From IMG/VR virus record IMGVR_UViG_3300022074_000055, positions 1-54,137 of that record: DNA of 54,137 nt; one strand, 5' to 3'. This document shows positions 24,161 through 33,775 of the stretch, piece by piece. This DNA comes from a virus (taxonomy: Duplodnaviria > Caudoviricetes). The translations under genes and the position numbers were made by a program. The notes beneath the pieces were generated by a model. That model was given only the letters and a program-made list of their open reading frames with translations. It was not told where the DNA came from and did no database searches. Numbering within the stretch: the first letter of the stretch is position 1; each line of letters opens with the position of its first letter.

Positions 24161-26596
24161 ATGGCAGTAGAAAAAATACTTGGTGCAGGAGGGGATATTC
24201 CTATAGAAGCCATTGAGGAGATAGGAATAAGTGAGGAAGTTATTCCTGTTGACGCTAATATTCTTCAGTTTGAAGATGGTAGTGCTTTAATTGGTGGAGA
24301 AGAGGAAGAGCTATCTGTTCAGCTTCAAGACTTGCCTTATGATGCTAATTTAGCTGATTACATAGATGATGCAGAACTTGCTGTTATTTCCAGTGATTTA
24401 GTTGGTAGTATCGATGATGATTTTTCTTCTAGAAAAGAATGGGAAGATACTTATAAAAGAGGTATTGACCTTCTGGGGATGAAATATGAAGACCGTTCCC
24501 AGCCATTTGAGGGTGCTACAGGGGTTGTTCATCCATTATTGGCAGAAAGTGTAACACAGTTTCAGGCGCAAGCTTACAGGGAGCTTTTACCAGCAGGAGG
24601 GCCTGTTAGAACACAGATTATTGGTGCAGAGAATTCAGAGGTTGTAAAGCAGGCTGAACGCATCAAGAATTACATGAATTATCAAATAACATATGAGATG
24701 GAAGAGTATGATCCTGAATTAGATCAGATGTTGTTTTATCTTCCTATTATTGGCTCTACATTTAAAAAAGTTTATTTTGACCCATTATTACAGCGACCTG
24801 TTTCTAAGTTTGTTCATGCTGAAGATTTAGTTGTTCCATACACAGCAACTGATTTATTTAGCTGTTCTCGTGTTACTCACGTTGTAAAAATGAACAAGAA
24901 TGAGATATTAAAGCTTCAGGTTTCTGGTTTTTACTCAGACGTTAATCTGCCAGGGGGCGGTTATGGTGCAGAGGACTACAGTGAGGTTCAGGAATCTATT
25001 AATGAGGTTGATGGTATACAGCCTTCAGGCTCCAATGAAGATGTTGTTTTGTATGAAGTTCACACAGATTTAGACCTTACTGGCTTTGAAGATTTGGATA
25101 TGGAAGGTGAGCCTACAGGAATTAAACTTCCGTACATTGTTACCTTGATTGAGAAAAGTGGCAAAGTTTTGTCTGTTCGTAGAAACTACGACATAGAAAA
25201 GCCTTTGCAGAAAAAACAGTATTTTGTGCATTACAAATTTCTTCCAGGGTTAGGCTTCTACGGTTTTGGCTTAACTCACATGATTGGAAATTTAGCACAA
25301 GGAGCTACGAGTCTTTTAAGACAGTTGATAGACGCTGGAACTCTATCAAACCTCCCTGCTGGCTTTAAGGCTCGTGGCGCTCGTATTCGTGATGAGAATG
25401 AACCATTAAATCCTGGTGAATTTAGAGACATTGATGTGGCTGGTATGGATATACGTCAGGCTCTTATGGCATTGCCGTTTAAAGAGCCTTCACAGACGCT
25501 GTATTCGCTTCTAGGTACTTTAGTTGACTCTGGACGCAGATTTGCTTCTATGGCTGATATGAAAGTCGCTGAGATGGGTGGAGAGACACCTGTTGGCACG
25601 ACTATGGCTATTATGGAGCGTGGCACTAAAGTTATGAGTGCTATTCACAAGCGTTTGCATTACTCACAGAAGCAAGAGTTTAAGCTTCTTGCTGGTTTGT
25701 TTGCTCGATTCACTCCTCCTTCATATATGTATGAGGTTCCGGGCGCCCCTCCAGAAATAAAAGCTACCGATTTTGATGGTAGGATTGATGTTATACCTGT
25801 ATCAGACCCGAACATATTTTCTATGTCTCAGAGAATTGCATTGGCTCAGACTCAGTTGCAGTTAGTTCAAAGCAATCCAGATTTACATGGGGGTCAACAA
25901 GGTTTGTATCAGGCGTATAGAAAAATGTACGAAGCTTTAGGAGTAACAAATGTCGATTCAATACTTCCTGTCCCGCCTGAACCAGTTCCTGCTAACCCTG
26001 CAAAAGAAAATCAGGAAGCTATGCGAGGAAAGTCTTTACAGGTATTTGCAGATCAGAACCATAAAGCGCACATTGAGGCGCACTTGGCAATTATTGCAAC
26101 GCCAGTGGCGCAAGCTAATGCGGCAATTGTAATGACACTACAAGGTCATATTCAAGAGCATATTGGATTTATGGCAGAGCAAATGGCTCAAGATGAAGTT
26201 ATGGAAGGCATGGATCAAATGCAGGCTCAAATGATAGCCACAAATCCTGATTTACAAGCTCAAGTGGCAAATCAAGTTTCTTCCCGTGCTGCTGAATTAA
26301 TTGGTGAATTAACTGAACAATATGCACAAGCTGTATCTCCTCCACCAGAACAAGACCCTCTTGTGTCCATTAGACAACAAGAGCTTGCTTTACGCGGTGC
26401 TGATATTCAAAGAAAAGCTGAAGAGTTTGAGCGTTCACAAGAGTTTGACAAAGAAAAAGAACGCAATGATAAACTACTTGCTCAACAGCGTTTAGATTTA
26501 CAAGATGAGGCTCTTTCTGATAAAACTAGAGTTGCAGAAGAGCGAATTCAAACGCAGAGGGATATTGCTGCGGCAAACATAAGGAGTAGAGGATGA
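24161..26596 (+). CDS. Portal protein (podovirus type)
   Basis: 811 aa after terL; HPLLAE..QFQA, G.TFKKVYFD, GLGFYG.G, RQLIDAGTL.NLP.G; coiled-coil C-terminus. Confidence 0.85.
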   Translation: MAVEKILGAGGDIPIEAIEEIGISEEVIPVDANILQFEDGSALIGGEEEELSVQLQDLPYDANLADYIDDAELAVISSDLVGSIDDDFSSRKEWEDTYKRGIDLLGMKYEDRSQPFEGATGVVHPLLAESVTQFQAQAYRELLPAGGPVRTQIIGAENSEVVKQAERIKNYMNYQITYEMEEYDPELDQMLFYLPIIGSTFKKVYFDPLLQRPVSKFVHAEDLVVPYTATDLFSCSRVTHVVKMNKNEILKLQVSGFYSDVNLPGGGYGAEDYSEVQESINEVDGIQPSGSNEDVVLYEVHTDLDLTGFEDLDMEGEPTGIKLPYIVTLIEKSGKVLSVRRNYDIEKPLQKKQYFVHYKFLPGLGFYGFGLTHMIGNLAQGATSLLRQLIDAGTLSNLPAGFKARGARIRDENEPLNPGEFRDIDVAGMDIRQALMALPFKEPSQTLYSLLGTLVDSGRRFASMADMKVAEMGGETPVGTTMAIMERGTKVMSAIHKRLHYSQKQEFKLLAGLFARFTPPSYMYEVPGAPPEIKATDFDGRIDVIPVSDPNIFSMSQRIALAQTQLQLVQSNPDLHGGQQGLYQAYRKMYEALGVTNVDSILPVPPEPVPANPAKENQEAMRGKSLQVFADQNHKAHIEAHLAIIATPVAQANAAIVMTLQGHIQEHIGFMAEQMAQDEVMEGMDQMQAQMIATNPDLQAQVANQVSSRAAELIGELTEQYAQAVSPPPEQDPLVSIRQQELALRGADIQRKAEEFERSQEFDKEKERNDKLLAQQRLDLQDEALSDKTRVAEERIQTQRDIAAANIRSRG

Positions 26597-26844
26597 GTGC
26601 AAGTTCAATAAATCGACAAGTAGCCGCTGATATGAAGGCCAAAAAGCTGGAGAGAAGAGATGCCATTGAAAAAAGGAACAAGCCAGAAGACAGTAAGCTC
26701 GAACATCAGCAAATTAATGTCGGAGGGTTATCCGCAGAAACAAGCGATAGCGATATCCCTATCGTCATCGAAAAAACCGAAGCCAAGCCAAAAGCCAAAA
26801 AGAAAGCTTCAAGCAAAAAAAAGACAAGTGCAAAAAAAACGTGA
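26593..26844 (+). CDS. Hypothetical basic protein overlapping the next ORF
   Basis: AAGGAG SD and ATGA coupling to the portal gene. Confidence 0.5.
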   Translation: MSASSINRQVAADMKAKKLERRDAIEKRNKPEDSKLEHQQINVGGLSAETSDSDIPIVIEKTEAKPKAKKKASSKKKTSAKKT

Positions 26845-26908
26845 TGGCGGGGTGATAACGAAGTTTTCACGAATATCTAAACCACAAAGATTTGAGGGAA
26901 TCTTTTAG
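26660..26908 (+). CDS. Small basic protein (MPLKKG.SQKT.S.NI...[10 protein letters not shown] type) with RDGG...F.GIF tail
   Basis: Recognisable phage small-protein N-terminus; GGAG SD. Confidence 0.65.
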   Translation: MPLKKGTSQKTVSSNISKLMSEGYPQKQAIAISLSSSKKPKPSQKPKRKLQAKKRQVQKKRDGGVITKFSRISKPQRFEGIF

Positions 26909-26946
26909 TTACTTGAAATGAAGGGCTTTTTACCAAGGGGTTGGTA

Positions 26947-27426
26947 ATGATTGATCCTATTTCAAGCATGGCACTCGCCTCATCCGCTTTCGCGACTTTA
27001 AAAAAAGGGGTGAGCATAGGCCGAGATCTTCATTCGATGGGAAAAAGTTTGTCTACTTGGATGTCTGCGGTATCTGATATTGACCGCGCCCATCACGAGG
27101 CTAAGAATCCTCCTATATTTAAAAAGCTGTTTTCTGGTAAATCTGTAGAGCAAGAAGCGATGGAATTGTTCACTCAAAAAAAACAGCTTGAGAACCAAAG
27201 AGATGAGCTTCGTAAATTAATTAGTTCTATGTGTGGGCCTTCTGCTTGGCAAGAACTGATCAAGATGGAAAGGGATATAAGACAACAAAGAAAAGAAACT
27301 ATCTACAAGCAGCGTGAAGCTCGTAAGCATTTCGTAGAAGCTATAGCAATAATATTTCTAGTTATTGTTGTTGTAGGATTTGCGGTTGGTCTGTTGTGGC
27401 TATATGTGAATAGGAGTTCGTTTTGA
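26947..27426 (+). CDS. Hypothetical protein with C-terminal transmembrane helix
   Basis: MIDPIS start, coiled coil, hydrophobic C-terminus. Confidence 0.7.
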   Translation: MIDPISSMALASSAFATLKKGVSIGRDLHSMGKSLSTWMSAVSDIDRAHHEAKNPPIFKKLFSGKSVEQEAMELFTQKKQLENQRDELRKLISSMCGPSAWQELIKMERDIRQQRKETIYKQREARKHFVEAIAIIFLVIVVVGFAVGLLWLYVNRSSF

Positions 27427-27764
27427 TACAAAAAAAATTAGAAAAAGGTTCAGAATATAATAAATATGATCTAGATGGGGATGGCATTGTGGATGATGAT
27501 GAGTTAGCCGCAGCAGAAAAACTACATGAGATAGAAGCTGCCGAAAAACATGAAGCTGCAGAGCTTCGCAAAATGACAGCGCAAAGACGTATGGCTACTG
27601 CTGTTTTAGTATTTATGGCTCTTTATACATTGCTAATGTTTGCTCCATTTATTCCAGACTCTCGAATAAAATTATTAACAGATTTATCTAACTTGCTTTA
27701 CATAACAGGAGGTACTATTGTAGGAGCATATATGGGTGTATCTGCTTGGATGTCTAAAAAATAA
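27423..27764 (+). CDS. Membrane protein with EF-hand-like loop
   Basis: DLDGDGIVDDDE followed by two hydrophobic segments; TTG start with AGGAG SD. Confidence 0.65.
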   Translation: MIQKKLEKGSEYNKYDLDGDGIVDDDELAAAEKLHEIEAAEKHEAAELRKMTAQRRMATAVLVFMALYTLLMFAPFIPDSRIKLLTDLSNLLYITGGTIVGAYMGVSAWMSKK

Positions 27765-27958
27765 TGTTTGAGCATTTATTTCTGTTGTTTGTTTTTACAG
27801 GATTAGAGCCTAATAAAAAGTTAGAAAGCCAAGATATGTATTTTAGAAACCTACATGAATGTACATATTTTGCTAGGGAATTGCATAAACAAGGCGAGAC
27901 AATCACTGCATATTGCCTGCCAAAATATGTAAACATTGAAGCTGTAAAGGTATATTGA
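27764..27958 (+). CDS. Small hypothetical protein
   Basis: TAATG coupling; hydrophobic N-terminus, two Cys. Confidence 0.6.
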   Translation: MFEHLFLLFVFTGLEPNKKLESQDMYFRNLHECTYFARELHKQGETITAYCLPKYVNIEAVKVY

Positions 27959-27959
27959 T

Positions 27960-28355
27960 ATGTTACAAGCATTGATAGGCCCAGTATCAGGGCTTTTAGA
28001 TAAATTTATTGAAGATAAAGATCAGAAGAATGCCCTCGCCCACGAAATCGCCACACTCGCCACAAAACAAGCGCACGAAGCGCAACTCGCACAAGTCGAA
28101 GTTAACAAAGCAGAAGCTCAACACAGGTCAATATTTGTTGCTGGATGGCGCCCCTTTACAGGATGGGTCACTGCGTTCGCGCTTGCGTATCACTTTTGCC
28201 TTATGCCACTTATTCTTTTCGCAACTGCGATTGCTGGTATTGAAATACCTGAACTACCTAGCTTCGACATGGAAACCTTAACAACTATTCTTCTTGGAAT
28301 GTTGGGTCTTGGTAGTATGCGTAGCTTTGAAAAGTTTAAAGGTTTAACAAAATAA
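27960..28355 (+). CDS. Holin of the 3TM family
   Basis: EVNK.EA.H.S.FVAGWRPF.GW; LLGMLGLG.MRSFEK. Confidence 0.8.
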   Translation: MLQALIGPVSGLLDKFIEDKDQKNALAHEIATLATKQAHEAQLAQVEVNKAEAQHRSIFVAGWRPFTGWVTAFALAYHFCLMPLILFATAIAGIEIPELPSFDMETLTTILLGMLGLGSMRSFEKFKGLTK

Positions 28356-28546
28356 TGGATGCAGTAGCATTAACTGAACATATGCTAAAGAACATACGCG
28401 AGAAGAAGAGTGATTATTCTCAGATGCTTGCTGATGGTGCGGTAGAGGATTATTCAAACTACCGATTTATAGTAGGGCAAATACGCGGCTTGCAATATTG
28501 TGAAGATGAATTAACTGCCGCGATGAAAGGTGTCATAGAGGGATGA
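28355..28546 (+). CDS. Conserved hypothetical phage protein
   Basis: Y...VGQIRGL motif; directly upstream of GroES. Confidence 0.65.
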   Translation: MDAVALTEHMLKNIREKKSDYSQMLADGAVEDYSNYRFIVGQIRGLQYCEDELTAAMKGVIEG

Positions 28547-29001
28547 CAAAGAAACTATTCGTGCCAGATAGAGTGGCTACGGCAAAGCTTCCTAAATCTA
28601 TTGAAAAAGGATTTGAAGCTGAAGAAGATAAAAACTCCAAAAATCCAGAGGAATTTGACGGTTCTGTTATAGATAGACTGCCTCAACCAGTAGGTTACAG
28701 GCTTCTCGTTATTCCTTATTACATGAAATCCAAGACAAAAGGTGGTGTTTATATACCTGACGCTACTCGTGATCGTGAAAGCTTTGCTACAGTAGCGGCT
28801 TATGTTGTTCGGCTTGGTCCAGACGCATACAAAGACATTGATAAGTTTCCTTCAGGAGCTTGGTGTGGTGAGAAATCATGGGTGCTTATGGGTAGATATG
28901 CTGGCAACAGGTTCAAAGTGGATGGTCTTGAGGTTAGGCTCATAAATGACGATAATATTATCGGAACTATCCTTGACCCCGCAGATATATCTTATGTATA
29001 A
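28543..29001 (+). CDS. groES: GroES-like co-chaperonin
   Basis: P.GYRLLV.P, KTKGGVYIPD, V.LGPDAY, RYAG, RLINDD.I.G. Confidence 0.85.
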   Translation: MTKKLFVPDRVATAKLPKSIEKGFEAEEDKNSKNPEEFDGSVIDRLPQPVGYRLLVIPYYMKSKTKGGVYIPDATRDRESFATVAAYVVRLGPDAYKDIDKFPSGAWCGEKSWVLMGRYAGNRFKVDGLEVRLINDDNIIGTILDPADISYV

Positions 29002-29018
29002 ATAATTAGGAGATTTTT

Positions 29019-29930
29019 ATGGAAAATACTGAAAATCAAAATGCAGTAGAAGAAGAAATGACAACTGTTTCTTTAGAAGAGCCAGAAGTTAACACTTCAG
29101 ATACTTCTGAAGAGTTGCAAACCAGAACAAATGTTCAGGATAATTCTGATGAATCTGATGAATCCGATCAAGAGTTAGATAATTATAACAGTTCTGTTCA
29201 GAAAAGAATCAATCAATTAACTGCTAAAAGAAAACAGGCTATTGAAGAAGCGGAGGCAGCTTATCAATATGCCAAACAAAAAGAAGCTGAAAACGAACAA
29301 TTAAGAAAAAAATATGATGAGTTAAATACTGGTTATGTTGGCGAATATGGAACTCGCATTGAATCTCAAACAGCAGAAGCAAAGAGACTTGCAAAAGAAG
29401 CTTTTGACTTAGGTGATACGGATAAATTTTCTGAAGCTCAAGAGTTAATAGCTCGTTTAGCAATTGAAAAAGAGCGTTTAAGAATACAAAAGGCTAGAGT
29501 AGAAGAGCAAGAAGTTTCTGTGGAGCCCAAAGCCCCCGATGCTCAACCTCAGAAAGCTCAACGTCCTCTTGATCCTAAACTTGTTAGTTGGATGAATAAA
29601 AATACTTGGTTTAACCAAGATAGAATTATGACAATGGCGGCTCAAGAAATCCACAGACAACTTGTTGCGGATGAGGGATTTGATCCGACAAGTGATGATT
29701 ATTATAAAGAAATTGATAGGCGTATGAGAGTGGAAATGCCTAATAAGTTTCAGGAGAAACGGAATATAGCCCAATCTGTAGCTCCTGCGTCTAACGGACG
29801 GTCTGTTAAATCTGGGCGGAAAAAAGCGGTAGAACTTACTCCTGGAGAGGTGGCTTTTGCTAATAAAATGAAAATACCGCTTGAGCGTTTTGCTTTAGAA
29901 AAAGCTAAAATTGAACAAAGGAGTGCATAA
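29019..29930 (+). CDS. Putative capsid scaffolding protein
   Basis: Acidic N-terminus, VQKRI..LT coiled coil, W...N.WF, position upstream of the capsid gene. Confidence 0.65.
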   Translation: MENTENQNAVEEEMTTVSLEEPEVNTSDTSEELQTRTNVQDNSDESDESDQELDNYNSSVQKRINQLTAKRKQAIEEAEAAYQYAKQKEAENEQLRKKYDELNTGYVGEYGTRIESQTAEAKRLAKEAFDLGDTDKFSEAQELIARLAIEKERLRIQKARVEEQEVSVEPKAPDAQPQKAQRPLDPKLVSWMNKNTWFNQDRIMTMAAQEIHRQLVADEGFDPTSDDYYKEIDRRMRVEMPNKFQEKRNIAQSVAPASNGRSVKSGRKKAVELTPGEVAFANKMKIPLERFALEKAKIEQRSA

Positions 29931-30391
29931 TGTCTGATCGTACAAATAGGGATTCGCAAACCCGTGAAAAAAAAGCGAGAGTAACTGATTGGGTGCCGCC
30001 TTCTGCGTTAGAGGCTCCTGAAGCCCCTGTTGGATATAAACATCGATGGATACGCGAGTCCGTCATGGAATTTGATGACAGAAACAATATTCATAAAAAA
30101 AGACGTGAAGGATGGGAGCTTGTAAAAGCTGAAGATCACCCAGAATTTGACGCTCCTGTTTTAGATGAAGGTAAAAACGCTGGCGTGATTGGCGTAGGTG
30201 GTCTTGTTTTAGCAAGAATACCTGAAGAAATTGTGGAACAACGTAATTCTCATTATCGTAATGTTACTGCTAATCAAATGGATGCTGTTGATAGGGATTG
30301 GATGCGTGAATCAAATTCAGCTATGCCTAAACTACAGCCTCAGAGAAGCAGTTCAGTCAGTTTTGGATCTAATAATAAATCCAAAAGTTAA
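29930..30391 (+). CDS. Conserved head-module protein
   Basis: P.GY.HRWIR, EGWELV, VGGLVLARIP. Confidence 0.65.
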   Translation: MSDRTNRDSQTREKKARVTDWVPPSALEAPEAPVGYKHRWIRESVMEFDDRNNIHKKRREGWELVKAEDHPEFDAPVLDEGKNAGVIGVGGLVLARIPEEIVEQRNSHYRNVTANQMDAVDRDWMRESNSAMPKLQPQRSSSVSFGSNNKSKS

Positions 30392-30414
30392 TTTTTTGTT
30401 TTTAGGAGAACGAA

Positions 30415-31002
30415 ATGTCAAATAAAGATGCGTCTTTTGGTTTAAAGCCATTACGCTCTGGTAGTGGCTCAGACTTCGTAGGAATGCAAAATAAATACCG
30501 TATCGCAAGTAGCGCTACTACTCCGATTTTCCAAGGTGACTTGGTGGCTGCTTTAACAGCAGGAACAATCGGTCGTATAGCCGCTGGTGGTAGTGGTTTT
30601 GTTTTAGGTGTATTCAACGGATGCCGTTACACAGACCCAACAACGAAAAAGGAAACTTTTTCAAATTCATATCCAGGTTCAATTGCAGCTTCTGATATCG
30701 AGTGTTTTGTTATCGATTCACCACATGCTGTTTTTGAAGTTCAAGCCGATGCAGCATTCCCTGTAGCCGACTTGTTTGGAAACTTCGACATTGTAGATCA
30801 AAGCCCAGTAGGAGATACTAATTCTGGTACTGCTCGTCTAGAGCTAGATGTCACAACTGGTGCAACAACTGCTACATTGCCATTGAAAGCAATCGATATT
30901 TCTCAAGATCCTGAGAATAGTGATGTTTCCTCTGCCAATACTAATGTTGTTGTTATGATCAACAATCACCTGTTCAGTGCTGGCACTGCTGGCTTGGCAT
31001 AA
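30415..31002 (+). CDS. Putative head decoration / minor capsid protein
   Basis: N.D..FGL.P, IFQGDLV, GVFNGC.Y; immediately before the MCP. Confidence 0.6.
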   Translation: MSNKDASFGLKPLRSGSGSDFVGMQNKYRIASSATTPIFQGDLVAALTAGTIGRIAAGGSGFVLGVFNGCRYTDPTTKKETFSNSYPGSIAASDIECFVIDSPHAVFEVQADAAFPVADLFGNFDIVDQSPVGDTNSGTARLELDVTTGATTATLPLKAIDISQDPENSDVSSANTNVVVMINNHLFSAGTAGLA

Positions 31003-31014
31003 GGAGACTGATTA

Positions 31015-31923
31015 ATGGCTATTTCAAGAGCGCAACTCGTAAAAGAGTTGGAACCAGGTCTTAATGCCCTTTTTGGTATGGAGTATGATCGTTACGACAA
31101 CGAACATGCGGAAATCTTCGACACTGAATCTTCAGACCGTGCGTTTGAAGAAGAGGTAATGCTCGTTGGTTTTGGAAATGCCCAAACAAAGGCAGAAGGT
31201 GCTGGAGTAAACTTCGACAATGCTTCTGAAGCTTACACTGCAAGGTATACGCATGAGACAGTAACTCTTGCATTTGCTTTGACAGAAGAGGCTATGGAAG
31301 ATAATCTGTATGATCGTCTAGGCGCACGTTACACACGGGCTCTAGCGCGTTCAATGGCTCATACAAAGCAAGTTAAAGCTTCATCTGTTCTTAACAGTGC
31401 TTTTGACGCAAACTTTGCAGGCGGTGATGGTGTGGAGCTTTGTGCTACTAACCACCCACTAGCAGGCGGAGGAACTTTCCGTAATGAGCCTTCAGTTGCG
31501 GCAGACTTAAATGAGACTTCATTAGAAAATGCGTTGATTGATATTTCTACATTTGTTGATGAAAGAAATATGATTATCGCTCTTCGTGGTATGAAGCTTA
31601 TTGTTCCGCCACAACTACAATTTGTAGCTGATCGTTTGCTTGAATCTACACTTCGTACTGGTTCAGCAGATAATGATATTAACGCTATCAAGAATATGGG
31701 TATGCTTCCAGAGGGTTATACAATTAACCACTTCTTGACAGACCCTGATGCGTTTTTCATCAAAACTGATACTCCAAATGGATTCAAACACTTTGAGCGT
31801 ATTCCAATGTCAACAGGCATGGAAGCTGATTTTGATTCAGGTAACATGCGCTTTAAAGCTCGTGAGCGTTACAGCTTTGGATACTCAGATCCTCGTGCAG
31901 TGTTTGGTTCACCAGGCGCATAA
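31015..31923 (+). CDS. Major capsid protein
   Basis: MAISRAQLVKELEPGLNALFG, LIVPPQL, KARERYSFG.SDPR; TAAGGAG SD; followed by a terminator. Confidence 0.9.
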   Translation: MAISRAQLVKELEPGLNALFGMEYDRYDNEHAEIFDTESSDRAFEEEVMLVGFGNAQTKAEGAGVNFDNASEAYTARYTHETVTLAFALTEEAMEDNLYDRLGARYTRALARSMAHTKQVKASSVLNSAFDANFAGGDGVELCATNHPLAGGGTFRNEPSVAADLNETSLENALIDISTFVDERNMIIALRGMKLIVPPQLQFVADRLLESTLRTGSADNDINAIKNMGMLPEGYTINHFLTDPDAFFIKTDTPNGFKHFERIPMSTGMEADFDSGNMRFKARERYSFGYSDPRAVFGSPGA

Positions 31924-31944
31924 GGATAAAAACTTTTCTTCTTT

Positions 31945-31973
31945 AAAGGGCGGCTTCACAGTCGCCTTTTTTT
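31945..31973 (+). terminator. Intrinsic terminator after the MCP gene
   Basis: AAAGGGCGGC-loop-GTCGCCTTTTTTT. Confidence 0.8.
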
Positions 31974-31991
31974 GTTGTATAGTCAGTAAAC

Positions 31992-32031
31992 CCTTGACTG
32001 CAATTTTGCAGACATTAGCCAAGACAAGGAG
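31992..32031 (+). promoter_or_regulatory. Structured leader that can sequester the SD of the next gene
   Basis: CCTTG/CAAGG outer stem overlaps AAGGAG; CTGCAA/TTGCAG inner hairpin. Confidence 0.4.
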
Positions 32032-32037
32032 ATTTAA

Positions 32038-32658
32038 ATGGCTACGACAACTTTTAACGGTCCAGTCCGTTCCGAAAACGGATTTCAAATGGTTTCAAAG
32101 AATGCCACAACAGGTACAATAACTGTTACTAGTGGTAACAAAATGGCAAACGAAGCCGTAGGCGGTGCTGGTATTGAAGGAACCGCTGCAGTTTATGTCA
32201 CTCAAGTTAATCGTCTTAAAAGTGATGTTACAACAAATGTTAATATCGTAAAGACCACTATTATGATTGACCTTACTGGTCTTAAAGATGGTGGTACTGC
32301 TGGTGATATTATTGGTAAAGATGGCGCAGGAGTTGCCTATATTGCCAAAGTCACTACAGCAAATCAAGGTGTGGTGTTTGGTGTAACTATGCAGTGTGTG
32401 GAAGCCCCTGCTGGTGGATCAGCAGATATTGACTTATTCTCAGCTACTGAAGGTACTGGAGTCAATGACACAGGAATAGGTGCTTTAACAGAAACCTCTA
32501 TTATTAATGGAGGAACACAAGCAGCAGGAACTCTTACTGCTGGTGGTGATATTGCAGCAGATCAGTTTTTGTATCTTGTAAGTCAAGGCACAGGTGACGC
32601 AACATATACTGCTGGTCGTTTTTTAATTGAAATCACTGGTTACGATGTTGCTACTTAA
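32038..32658 (+). CDS. Putative capsid-associated structural protein
   Basis: MATTTFNGPVRSENGF N-terminus; Gly/Thr-rich. Confidence 0.6.
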   Translation: MATTTFNGPVRSENGFQMVSKNATTGTITVTSGNKMANEAVGGAGIEGTAAVYVTQVNRLKSDVTTNVNIVKTTIMIDLTGLKDGGTAGDIIGKDGAGVAYIAKVTTANQGVVFGVTMQCVEAPAGGSADIDLFSATEGTGVNDTGIGALTETSIINGGTQAAGTLTAGGDIAADQFLYLVSQGTGDATYTAGRFLIEITGYDVAT

Positions 32659-32678
32659 TTGAAAGATAGGAGAGTCTA

Positions 32679-32960
32679 ATGGCTGGTCCAGTAAAATCCT
32701 TTAACTTTGATCAAGGAGCAACACCAGCAATTGTTGGGCCTGCTCGATCTCGTATACGTCAGGTTGTTATGTTTGGCGCGGCTGCTGGTGCATTTACTAT
32801 AAAAGATGGTAGTGCTTCAGGAGATGTTTTGCTTCAGCAAAGTTTTGCTGCGGGGAATCATGTTTTGAATATTCCTGATGATGGCATTATTGCTTTTAGT
32901 GGTTGTTTTGTTGCTGCTTTATCAGGTTCAGGTAATAAACTTACAATTTTCCTATCATAA
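32679..32960 (+). CDS. Hypothetical virion protein
   Basis: AGGAG SD; IPDDGI.F-like motif. Confidence 0.6.
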   Translation: MAGPVKSFNFDQGATPAIVGPARSRIRQVVMFGAAAGAFTIKDGSASGDVLLQQSFAAGNHVLNIPDDGIIAFSGCFVAALSGSGNKLTIFLS

Positions 32961-32969
32961 GGAATTTTT

Positions 32970-33254
32970 ATGGCTCGTAAACAAGACAAACAGCCACCAA
33001 AAACCAAAAAATATTTCCGTTCCACAAAAAGTGGAGCGGGGATGACGAAAGCTGGTGTTGCTAAATACAGGAAAGATAATCCTGGTTCTAAATTAAAAAC
33101 AGCAGTAACAGGAAAAGTTAAAAAAGGTAGTAAAGATGCTAAAAGGCGTAAGTCTTTCTGCGCTCGTTCTGCTGGTCAAATGAAGAAATTTCCTAAAGCC
33201 GCTAAAGACCCGAATAGCCGTTTAAGACAAGCAAGGAAAAGATGGAAATGTTAA
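32970..33254 (+). CDS. Highly basic small protein
   Basis: G.T..G..KY...NPGSKLK, RRKSFCARS.G, SRL..AR.RWKC. Confidence 0.7.
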   Translation: MARKQDKQPPKTKKYFRSTKSGAGMTKAGVAKYRKDNPGSKLKTAVTGKVKKGSKDAKRRKSFCARSAGQMKKFPKAAKDPNSRLRQARKRWKC

Positions 33255-33499
33255 ATGGAATATCTATTGCATTCGTTACTGTCGTATTAACCTCTGTTAT
33301 AGGTTTGCTTGCATGGATCGCAACATCTGTAGTAGATTTAAAAACAGATACGGCTGTTATAGCTGTTAAAGTAAATGAAAATCATAAAATGATAACAACT
33401 CTGTGGGAAGATTATGTAAATAGGAGCGGAAATGGCAATCTCGCGTGGCTCAATGAGGCAACAGATATCGAATCCTCCTCAAAAGAAAAAATTTATTAA
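33242..33499 (+). CDS. Membrane-anchored coiled-coil protein
   Basis: N-terminal hydrophobic helix. Confidence 0.55.
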   Translation: MEMLNGISIAFVTVVLTSVIGLLAWIATSVVDLKTDTAVIAVKVNENHKMITTLWEDYVNRSGNGNLAWLNEATDIESSSKEKIY

Positions 33500-33527
33500 G
33501 AAAAAAAAGAAGAAAAAAAATGGCTAA
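33432..33527 (+). CDS. 31-aa MAISR/poly-Lys peptide (not in ORF track)
   Basis: MAISRGSMRQQISNPPQKKKFIKKKKKKKNG; AGGAG SD. Confidence 0.55.
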   Translation: MAISRGSMRQQISNPPQKKKFIKKKKKKKNG

Positions 33528-33768
33528 AGATGCATGTTATAGAAAAGTAAAGGCTAGATACAAAGTTTTCCCTTCCGCTTATGCATCAGGTGCTATCGCC
33601 AAGTGTAGAAAAGTTGGCGCTTCAAATTGGGGTAATAAGTCTAAAGCTAAGAAAATGAAAGATGGTGGGCCTGCGTTGCCTGCCAAAAGACCTTCTAAAA
33701 ACTCTAATGTAGCTCGTGGCTGTGGTCTTGTGATGGAAGACAGGCGCAAGGTTACAAAGTTTACATGA
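33520..33768 (+). CDS. Small basic protein with MKDGG...ARGCG tail
   Basis: DACY.KVK.RY.V.PSAYASG. Confidence 0.7.
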   Translation: MAKDACYRKVKARYKVFPSAYASGAIAKCRKVGASNWGNKSKAKKMKDGGPALPAKRPSKNSNVARGCGLVMEDRRKVTKFT

Positions 33769-33775
33769 GCAAAGA

